Shown: piece by piece, positions 57,001-64,000 of the stretch
Position numbering within the stretch: the stretch's first letter is position 1
Layout of the letters: each line of letters opens with the position of its first letter
Assembly (NCBI GenBank): GCA_045648925.1
Contig: JAZROY010000001.1
Span: 8,841-72,840 of the forward strand
DNA length: 64,000 bases
From: Candidatus Enterousia sp.
Lineage (GTDB): Bacteria; Pseudomonadota; Alphaproteobacteria; Rs-D84
Direction of reading: 5' to 3'
Notes under the pieces: model-generated
Seen by the model: the letters and a program-made list of their open reading frames with translations, nothing else
What the model was told of the DNA's origin: nothing
Databases searched by the model: none
Program-made: the position numbers and the translations under genes

Positions 57001-60000
57001 AACCTAACCTTGCGGTGTAATGATAATGCGACAGACGAGAGAACTGCTTCATATAATGCAGGTGAATCTGTAGGGTTAGTATCAACCGCAAGAAATGGTT
57101 GTGCTAATGATACTGATGGTATGATATTCAGTCATTGGACTTGTAACCCAAGCAGTTTGTATGATAATTCAAATGTTACAATGAACAATAATGTTGTTTG
57201 TGATGCACACTGGGATACAAAATATCATTTGACATATGATTGCGCCAACGACAGAGCGAATGAAAACCCAACAGGTGGCTGGTATGACAGTGGAGAGGCG
57301 GTGACAACATTGACTGATAATGATCAGGGGACTTGTAGCACATTGCCGTATGAAGGTGCAGAATTCAAAGGATGGAGTTGTTCACCAAACAATAACAGAA
57401 ACGGTTCAACTGGTGCTATGACCATGCCGCCATCAAATGTGGAATGTACCGCACAGTGGGACGGTGCAGAGTTCACAGTCACCTATGATTGTAGCGGGAC
57501 AACTGTGACAGGCGGGCATGTTAAGAATAGTGAAAATACACAACGCAGACACGAAAATATTAAATATGGCAGCAGTTCATTTACTTTTGACCAAGCGAAC
57601 AATGTTTGTGAATATGCACATTATACACCTGCTAACTGGACTTGCGTAAGAGAAGATACAGAACAAGATATAACCAGCACAATCAGTTTTGGTGTTTCGG
57701 AAAAATGGAAACGTCCTTATAATGTAAAATGTACAACAGATTGGATGCCAGAACCTGTTACATTGACATATAATTGTAATAATAATGGTTTGGGAACCAG
57801 CAGTAATCCTGGTCAGAATCCACAAGGTGGCACGTATGATTATAACACAAGGGTTGCCATGGTAGAAGGTGATGGCGGATGTAAAGTTCCAGCAACAGGT
57901 AAAACCTTTAAGGGGTGGAATTGTAGCCCAGATAGTCCAGATGATGATGGTTATATAACATTAACCACCGATACGACATGTACGGCAGATTGGGGTGATG
58001 CAGAATATTACCTGACATACGATTGCAATGGTGGAACAGGCAACCCGCCACGTGATGAAGATGAAAACGGGAATCCAATTCCACGTAGGTGGACTGAAAG
58101 CGTGCAGATAAAAAGTAACACTTGTGAGAAAGAAAACTCGTCTTTTCAATATTGGGACTGCGATGGAACACCTGTCAGCGCTGGACGTAATTTTTATATG
58201 CCTGCGCACAATGTGACTTGTTATGCACAGTGGAAAACCCAAGATTTTCAGTTAAAGTATAATTGTAATAATGGCGGGTTGGGAACGAATCCAGCTTCAC
58301 AAACTTATGCCGCTGGGACACCGAATATACAGGTATTGTCAAACACTAATTATAGTACCTGTCGGAAACCAACATCAGACAAAAACTTCCAAGGTTGGAA
58401 TTGTCACAAGGAAGGCGACACCGGGACACCTTTTGTTAGTGGTAGCGCGATGCCGGCATATAATGTGGTTTGTGATGGACAATGGGATGGTGCTGTATGG
58501 AATATTACATATATAGGATGCAGAAGTGGAGATTGTGTCGCGTGTACTGATCCGTGGGTTTTGAATGAATATATTGATCAATCTAAACAAATTTATAGTT
58601 CAGAAACGAATCCTGCTATCGTCTTCCCTGTTCCAGGTAGAACGGATGATTATGAATTGTTCAACACAATAGAAGAGGAGGAATTTAGCTTTGTCGGTGC
58701 TTGGGTCGATCAATACGGGGCTCGTAGGACTAGTACGTATTCCTTGCTTGGAGATTTAACTCTTTGTACCAATCTTAAACCATACTATGAGGTCACATAT
58801 GATTGTGGGTGGGAGCATCAGGCGCCAATTGATGAAAACAATCCATATGTTTCTGATTCAAAGGTGTCGGTTAAAAACAGTTCTACATGTGGTGATGGCG
58901 CAAGAGATGGTTATACATTTATAAACTGGAGTTGTAAGCCAGATGGTCAAAGTGCCTTTGATGTCGCGGGTTCTGGTGGTGAATTCAATATAACTGCTGA
59001 TACGACATGTACTGCTGTTTGGGATACAAAAGGTTATGTAATAAGATATCATGGTGGTACAGCTGGTGGCAGAAATGTTACACAAGTTGCAATGTCAAAT
59101 CAGGCAGTGTCTTATAGACAAGAAAATGTTGTGTTAAAGAAAAATACTTTCGCGATTGCTGGGTATGAATTTAATGGTTGGGATTGCAAGGTTAATGGCA
59201 CGTCAATATCTGGTGCTTATTTGTCTGATCAAGCCAATATTGGTACGTATTCTTATACTGATAATATGGATTGCACTGCACAATGGTCTCCGCTGCAATA
59301 TAATATTATTTATAACAAGGGATCATGCGATGGAACATCTTATACCAGTTATGATGCTTTGACTTATGATGATACTTATACTGTACTTGGGTTGTATGAT
59401 TCAAATAATATGACTGTTTTTGCGCCAGTGGGATATGTGTTTACAGGGTGGCGGACTGTGGATACAGTGATACAAAATCCAGATAGAATACCTGGACAGA
59501 CATATGGGCCGTGGACAACAGCTGGCGATTTGAATCTTTATGCTACTTGTGAACGCGAACCATATTATGTGACTTATGATTGTGATACTTATGATGAAGA
59601 TAGTGTCACCCCAGTAGATGAAAAAGCATATTATGTTGATAATACTGTGTCGTTAAAACAAAACACATGTAAGAAAACTGGTTGGTCACCAGTTGGGTGG
59701 GAATGTTATCCTTTGACAACTGAAAACTCCGCTAGAGGTATGTCAAATGCTTTGGTTATATATGATGACAATACTTTCAGTATGCCTGCTGATAATGTTA
59801 AATGTGATATGAGATGGGAACAAGATGTTTATCATGTGACATATGAATGTAGAGGGGATGCTGATTGTGATACCACCGGTTCAAATTGTCAGACACCACA
59901 AGATAATCAAGAATATGAGTATGGTGATTCTGTGTTAACAGCAACCAATACTTGTAAAAAATCTGGGCATGATTTTGTTAAGTGGAATTGTGCTGGTCAA

Positions 60001-61542
60001 GATGTGGGCGCTGGAAGAACTTTTGGTATCTATGATGATACACTGTGTTATGCTGTGTGGAATCCAAAACAGTATAATGTCGTGTATCAAAGCGGAAATT
60101 GTGAATCAAGAGGAACTCATGTGACACAGACAGATTATAATGTGTTGACATATGGGCAAAACTTTACGGTTGATGATATATCAGATTCTGGTGTAAATGT
60201 ACGCAATGGTTATGAATTTTTGGGCTGGAGTACTTCTTTGGTGACTAATGAAGATTTGGAAACAAATAGTTTTGAACCAGAATATGTTTCTGGACAAACA
60301 TATGGACCGTGGAATACGGATGATGATTTGATACTGCATGCTGTGTGCAAGAAAAAAGTATATAATATTTGCTATAATTTCCAAGTCCAAGGTGCAAAAT
60401 GGAAAGATAGTAATGCGAATCCTTTGTATTCTTATGATGTTGATGTTGAAAGTACGCCTGTTCATTTAGCCGTTCACGAAGATAATGGTGTGGGGAATTT
60501 CTATGTGTTTGACGCTTGGTATAACACACCAGGAATGTATCATGATCAAAATGATACAGGAACAAAGATAACAGAAGTTCCTAGTGCAGCAATAACTCCG
60601 TTAGATACCCCAATGTCTGTGCGGTGCAATGGAACGATATCTTCTCCGCAGTGCGAAAATTCAGCTTATGCGAGCTGTGATGTGGTGCTGTATGCAAAAT
60701 GGCGTGAAGCTGGTAAGATAAGGTTTGCTTGTAGCGCAGATGATTATGTTGAAGAAAAGGATGCGGTGAACAGCTTTATCGAAGCAGCAAACCCTGAATA
60801 TGTTGGTTGTGATCTTGAAGGCTGTGATTTTGATGCGTGGCATTGTGAAAATTACACTGGTTCGCCAAAAGATTATGTGCCAGAGGAAGATTCTATACAA
60901 GTTTTGGTGGCGAATACTACTGTGATATGTACGCCAATCAAAGATTGTTCGAATCTTGAGTACGATATAGAATATCATGTGTATAAAAATGGTGAGGAAG
61001 CATCAGAAGTTTATACGAATGATGGTCAATACAGGGTTAATGTCAGCAACCTTAAACCAGATACATATAGCCCTGGGGATGAACCAGTTGCCTATCCTGT
61101 TGTGTCGTGGCCAGACTGCAGATTTACAGGATGGTATGAAAATCCACAGTTTACGGGTAGAACAGTGACACAAACCCCTGCTCTGGCGATTGACGAAGAA
61201 GGACATGATATAGTTTTATATGGACAAATGATTTGTGAAACGACATGTAATGAACCAGGACATGAACATTGGTTCCATATTGGCAACAATCCAAACGACA
61301 AGGTGTGCTTGTACGAAAAACGTCCAACAGATTTGACACCTGCTGTCAGGGTTAAAGGCGCAAACAGAGAGCCGTATTACATGATGTTGTCTACTGATCC
61401 GGATATGATTATACACGAAGGTTCTGCTAAGCGGATGCGTATCCAACACTCAGACGGTAATATCTATAATGTGTGTGATAAGACCAGTTGTGGTGATTTA
61501 GTTCCCATATATCAGGGTGGATGGAACGGAGATACAATGTAA
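54061..61542 (+). CDS. giant secreted repeat protein (2493 aa) with about 25 Cys-containing Listeria-Bacteroides-like repeats
   Basis: It has a signal peptide (MFRFLLRFFAVFITCSAFVGLASRPVLA). Recurrent blocks include Y.LTYDCNGG, GW[NS]C, MP...V.CTAQW, GYTFVGW and LYA.C. A single ORF is uninterrupted for 7.5 kb, and a terminator follows. Confidence 0.8.
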   Translation: MFRFLLRFFAVFITCSAFVGLASRPVLADIGTTTCDDNNGTCGTIGLDSSASCNNPPLLWHSSSNNYGTYTLTAQYERTPFHAYYKNGSCYAGSDFTYYQDPTVAYYQDSYTILGLDDISTISLPSGGNYAFDGWTTCWAPCDDLSNLSDCSQTPVLPGSFNWSKDKCLVLTGNCTIRQCENGQWFDSATGECKSCPDGYNYSDSGATSMAQCYKIKEVPCQPQEQALSEYCTEPASWEESCTCDDSVSYRIYSNAEGTGEGQYTDANGDALPSNTPPAAPICTLGVTFATGVSGYVFNQQTGECDPIGYKLEYNCGKKPDSNDDVGGNPPAATTGIQIGGSATVKDYTDGQCQSTGLTFQRWSCVWKEHESPYSVVGNPENHTAGDTITPWSAYDMECTAVWENSILDCPDAYPEHDEEVTSYTQCYRITTTSSCDKQGNTTAIQNHCIYNMDCSCDPVTYRVYSNESGNADGLIKNEDGSQVLSNIPAPSCQRQIVGNPTGAEDGYAYNQQTNTCEALPTYPVVYDCNNNGLGIDGNGTNPSDSNSPYAAGNAVNVLAYPAGCQAPTERVADATLGWECVAQDGTLVYSGSGNADFNMPSQPVTCTAQWKSTAWSITYMGCNCDTSSYSDLFYNKCTQDLTSRVRSGEYETNDSSTYYRTFTATRPVTFPTVAGNTNYGEINVASTAFSGRWFYFNFRNGVPVGTTTSAGTNSSGEDKDLIIYTCLGDSYQVTYNCIKGNGGTQVKGPYQKQSVSTLGRAACPYEPGWTFTWNCGGSYTSVTPGGSIYVDSDKVCNAEWTCDTANGYVLENGQCVKKYNLKFNCNNSKDSVRTERLLSGATFDTSSVQCQTKNCSETGYTWSCNPSSALSGNTVTMPVADVTCTAQWTPIKYTVTYNSGSCGSAGHTNETLYTHSDGATCGVGYSVPSNATSAMNNVLQSGYTFVGWNTNSGQTTSNWSGGNITGDITVYAACKSIEYNLTLRCNDNATDERTASYNAGESVGLVSTARNGCANDTDGMIFSHWTCNPSSLYDNSNVTMNNNVVCDAHWDTKYHLTYDCANDRANENPTGGWYDSGEAVTTLTDNDQGTCSTLPYEGAEFKGWSCSPNNNRNGSTGAMTMPPSNVECTAQWDGAEFTVTYDCSGTTVTGGHVKNSENTQRRHENIKYGSSSFTFDQANNVCEYAHYTPANWTCVREDTEQDITSTISFGVSEKWKRPYNVKCTTDWMPEPVTLTYNCNNNGLGTSSNPGQNPQGGTYDYNTRVAMVEGDGGCKVPATGKTFKGWNCSPDSPDDDGYITLTTDTTCTADWGDAEYYLTYDCNGGTGNPPRDEDENGNPIPRRWTESVQIKSNTCEKENSSFQYWDCDGTPVSAGRNFYMPAHNVTCYAQWKTQDFQLKYNCNNGGLGTNPASQTYAAGTPNIQVLSNTNYSTCRKPTSDKNFQGWNCHKEGDTGTPFVSGSAMPAYNVVCDGQWDGAVWNITYIGCRSGDCVACTDPWVLNEYIDQSKQIYSSETNPAIVFPVPGRTDDYELFNTIEEEEFSFVGAWVDQYGARRTSTYSLLGDLTLCTNLKPYYEVTYDCGWEHQAPIDENNPYVSDSKVSVKNSSTCGDGARDGYTFINWSCKPDGQSAFDVAGSGGEFNITADTTCTAVWDTKGYVIRYHGGTAGGRNVTQVAMSNQAVSYRQENVVLKKNTFAIAGYEFNGWDCKVNGTSISGAYLSDQANIGTYSYTDNMDCTAQWSPLQYNIIYNKGSCDGTSYTSYDALTYDDTYTVLGLYDSNNMTVFAPVGYVFTGWRTVDTVIQNPDRIPGQTYGPWTTAGDLNLYATCEREPYYVTYDCDTYDEDSVTPVDEKAYYVDNTVSLKQNTCKKTGWSPVGWECYPLTTENSARGMSNALVIYDDNTFSMPADNVKCDMRWEQDVYHVTYECRGDADCDTTGSNCQTPQDNQEYEYGDSVLTATNTCKKSGHDFVKWNCAGQDVGAGRTFGIYDDTLCYAVWNPKQYNVVYQSGNCESRGTHVTQTDYNVLTYGQNFTVDDISDSGVNVRNGYEFLGWSTSLVTNEDLETNSFEPEYVSGQTYGPWNTDDDLILHAVCKKKVYNICYNFQVQGAKWKDSNANPLYSYDVDVESTPVHLAVHEDNGVGNFYVFDAWYNTPGMYHDQNDTGTKITEVPSAAITPLDTPMSVRCNGTISSPQCENSAYASCDVVLYAKWREAGKIRFACSADDYVEEKDAVNSFIEAANPEYVGCDLEGCDFDAWHCENYTGSPKDYVPEEDSIQVLVANTTVICTPIKDCSNLEYDIEYHVYKNGEEASEVYTNDGQYRVNVSNLKPDTYSPGDEPVAYPVVSWPDCRFTGWYENPQFTGRTVTQTPALAIDEEGHDIVLYGQMICETTCNEPGHEHWFHIGNNPNDKVCLYEKRPTDLTPAVRVKGANREPYYMMLSTDPDMIIHEGSAKRMRIQHSDGNIYNVCDKTSCGDLVPIYQGGWNGDTM

Positions 61543-61574
61543 ACAACCCGTAAAAAAACGGGTTGTTTTTTTTG
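61543..61574 (+). terminator. rho-independent terminator after the giant-protein operon (aacaacccg-taaaaaaa-cgggttgtt followed by T8)
   Basis: The hairpin is followed by a T-run. Confidence 0.75.
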
Positions 61575-61700
61575 TTCTATCTTGTTTTTCAAAAATATTT
61601 CATTATATAGGATAAAGTGGCTTGACCCTGGGGATAAAAATTGCTATAAAATATAGGATTTAGGGCGGTGGGTCTGGAAAGAACGGTAAGGAAATGTAAA

Positions 61701-64000
61701 ATGAAAAATGTATTAAAGTTAATATTGGGTTCTGCAAACGATAGAATTGTAAAATCATACGAAAAAATAGTTTCAACGATAAATAAATTAGAACCTAAGT
61801 ATGCGGCTATGTCGGATGATGAAATTCATGGTTTGACCGCTGTGTTTCGTGAACAATTAAAAAATGGTGCAAAGGAAAAAGATATTTTACCAGATGTATT
61901 TGCGGCTGTGCGCGAAGCTGCTAAACGTTCTATTGGTTTGCGACATTTTGATGTGCAATTGATTGGTGGTATGGTTTTGAATAATGGTCAAATTTCCGAA
62001 ATGAAAACTGGTGAAGGAAAAACACTGGTCGCAACATTGGCTTTGTATTTAAAAGCATTACATGGCAAAGGGGCGCATTTAATTACTGTTAATGATTATT
62101 TGGCATCGCGTGATGCTGGATGGATGGGGCAAGTTTACAGATTTTTGGGTATGACCATCGGTGTCATTCAACATGATATGTCTGACGAAGATAGACGCGC
62201 GGCTTATAATTGTGATATTACATATGTTACTAATTCCGAATTGGGATTTGATTATTTGCGTGATAATATGAAATTTACCAAAGAACAACAGGTTTTGCGC
62301 CCGTTCTTTTTTGCTATTGTTGACGAAGTGGATAGTATTTTGATTGATGAGGCGCGTACCCCACTTATTATTTCTGGTCCATCAGAAGACACAAGTGATT
62401 TATATAACAAGGTTGATTCTGTGGTGGCACAACTGGTCGCTGATGATTACAAGATTGATGAAAAAGATAGACATGTGACATTGACAGAAAATGGCGTTGA
62501 TCATGCGACAGAATTATTAAAACAATCTGGCGTTTTGATGGGCGATAATTTATATGCCGCAGAAAATGCAGTTATAGTTATGCATTTACAGCAATCTTTG
62601 TTGGCGCATCATTTATATGAAAAAAATGTTAATTATGTTGTTAGAAATGGCGAAGTTTTAATTGTTGATGAATTTACTGGTCGTGTTATGACAGGTCGCC
62701 GTTTTGGCAAAGGATTACATCAAGCAATTGAAGCCAAAGAACATGTGACTGTTCAACCAGAAAATCAAACTGTGTCCAGTATTTCATATCAGAATTTATT
62801 CAGAATGTACCCTACTTTGGCTGGTATGACCGGAACGGCAATGACCGAGGCAGCAGAATTTGAAGAAATCTATAAATTGCGTGTTGTGTCAATCCCGACT
62901 AATAAACCTGTGGCGCGTGTTGACCATCATGATGAAATATATCGCAACAAACAAGAAAAATATGATGCGATTATAAAACAAATTTCTGAATGTATGGAAC
63001 GCAAACAACCTGTGTTGGTTGGAACAGTATCTATTGAAAAATCAGAAGAGTTGGCAAAAATTGTTCAAGAAAAATTGGGTATCAAACCGGCTGTATTAAA
63101 TGCAAAACATCATGAATCAGAAGCAAAAATTGTATCCCAAGCAGGCGCACCCGGGGCGGTCACAATTGCAACAAATATGGCTGGTCGTGGAACTGATATT
63201 AAATTGGGTGGAAATGCGGATGATTTAATCGCAGAGTTGGATGAAACTGCTCCTGAATTTGAGAAAAAGAAAAAAGAAATCATCAAAAAAATTGAAGAAA
63301 ATAAAAAAATAGTTTTAGAATCCGGCGGGCTTTATGTGATTGGTACAGAAAGACACGAATCTCGCCGTATTGATAATCAGTTGCGTGGTCGTTCTGGTCG
63401 TCAAGGTGATCCGGGTGATTCTAAATTCTTTTTGGCATTGGATGATGATTTGATGCGTATATTTGGTGCGGCAAGATTACAAAATATGCTGACAACTTTG
63501 GGACTAAAACCTGGTGAAGCAATTACTCATCCTTGGATAACAAAGGCCTTAGAAAAAGCGCAAAAACGTGTCGAAGCCAGATATTTCGAAGCGCGTAAAG
63601 AATTGTTAAAATATGATAATGTTATGAACGATCAAAGAACTGTTGTTTACAAGCAACGCGATGAATTGATGACTTCGGAAAATCTGGAACCGTTGATAAC
63701 AGAATTTATTGGTGATGTTGTTGAGTTGATTTGTGAAAGAAACATTCCAGAAAAAGCACATCCGTCCACGTGGAATACAGAAGGTATCCATGATAATATG
63801 ATGCGTATATTTGCATTGGATATTACAGATATAAATAATTGGAAGACAGATGAAACAATATCTGAACGTGCCGCGTATAATACTTTGTTTAATTTAGCGA
63901 TGCGCCGTTATCATCAACAAAAAGAAAAATATGGTGTTGAATTGATGCAGATGGCACAAAAACAAATGATGTTGGGTGCATTAGATTCTGTGTGGAAACG
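61701..64000 (+). CDS. secA: preprotein translocase ATPase SecA (3'-truncated at window end)
   Basis: It starts MKNVLKLILGSANDRIVKSYEKI... It has the DEAD-like motor with Walker A (MKTGEGKTLVATLA), Walker B (DEVDSILIDEARTPLIISG), and the motif TNMAGRGTDIKLGGN. The ORF runs off the window end. Confidence 0.9.
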   Translation, partial: MKNVLKLILGSANDRIVKSYEKIVSTINKLEPKYAAMSDDEIHGLTAVFREQLKNGAKEKDILPDVFAAVREAAKRSIGLRHFDVQLIGGMVLNNGQISEMKTGEGKTLVATLALYLKALHGKGAHLITVNDYLASRDAGWMGQVYRFLGMTIGVIQHDMSDEDRRAAYNCDITYVTNSELGFDYLRDNMKFTKEQQVLRPFFFAIVDEVDSILIDEARTPLIISGPSEDTSDLYNKVDSVVAQLVADDYKIDEKDRHVTLTENGVDHATELLKQSGVLMGDNLYAAENAVIVMHLQQSLLAHHLYEKNVNYVVRNGEVLIVDEFTGRVMTGRRFGKGLHQAIEAKEHVTVQPENQTVSSISYQNLFRMYPTLAGMTGTAMTEAAEFEEIYKLRVVSIPTNKPVARVDHHDEIYRNKQEKYDAIIKQISECMERKQPVLVGTVSIEKSEELAKIVQEKLGIKPAVLNAKHHESEAKIVSQAGAPGAVTIATNMAGRGTDIKLGGNADDLIAELDETAPEFEKKKKEIIKKIEENKKIVLESGGLYVIGTERHESRRIDNQLRGRSGRQGDPGDSKFFLALDDDLMRIFGAARLQNMLTTLGLKPGEAITHPWITKALEKAQKRVEARYFEARKELLKYDNVMNDQRTVVYKQRDELMTSENLEPLITEFIGDVVELICERNIPEKAHPSTWNTEGIHDNMMRIFALDITDINNWKTDETISERAAYNTLFNLAMRRYHQQKEKYGVELMQMAQKQMMLGALDSVWK

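Noticed and set aside
49365-61449. Numerous 60-150-aa antisense or out-of-frame ORFs within the giant repeat-protein genes
   Set aside because: The long uninterrupted sense ORFs with coherent repeat architecture and signal peptides explain the region. The internal ORFs have His/Ile/Thr-biased compositions typical of shadow frames.

Overview
This is an AT-rich chromosomal segment that I assign to an alphaproteobacterium. The evidence is a GcrA cell-cycle regulator, a ybgC-tolQ-tolR-tolA cluster, an adjacent bactofilin and M23 peptidase gene pair, and rhizobial-style ribosomal protein S9/L13 features. The low GC content and the many cysteine-rich secreted proteins suggest a host-associated or otherwise specialised lifestyle, but that is inference only.

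Most of the window is housekeeping: rnhA, tkt, hisS, prfA, aroK, mscL, leuS, rpiB, lpxA and lpxB, acpS, a corA-like transporter, an adenylate-kinase-like gene, rpsA, thyA, tig, rpsI and rplM, argS, an OmpR-type two-component pair, ruvB, ybgC-tolQRA and the 5' part of secA. There is also a cluster of four tRNA genes (Leu-CAG, Ala-CGC, Leu-TAA, Val-CAC) and an RNase P RNA gene (rnpB) on the minus strand at about 48.47-48.83 kb.

Several accessory features interrupt this backbone.
- A three-gene plus-strand operon (49229-61542) encodes giant signal-peptide proteins of 1243, 325 and 2493 aa. They are built from dozens of cysteine-containing repeats that resemble Listeria-Bacteroides (Flg_new / InlB B-repeat-like) repeats.
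- The 3' end of tRNA-Val plus its terminator is duplicated as a ~72-bp direct repeat (22166-22237 and 22339-22409), consistent with an attachment-site scar. Next to it is a free-standing HNH/NUMOD4 homing-endonuclease-like gene.
- A minus-strand operon couples a Flp-type (A24) prepilin peptidase to three unknown secreted proteins.
- Two tandem paralogous genes of unknown family sit next to thyA.
- Further features are cysteine-rich surface proteins at 3524-4948 and 19050-21521, an MscL with a C-terminal Cys4 zinc-ribbon-like tail, and a ~1-kb non-coding region upstream of leuS that is full of hairpins and repeated motifs.

I found no rRNA genes, CRISPR arrays or recognisable defence systems (restriction-modification, toxin-antitoxin).
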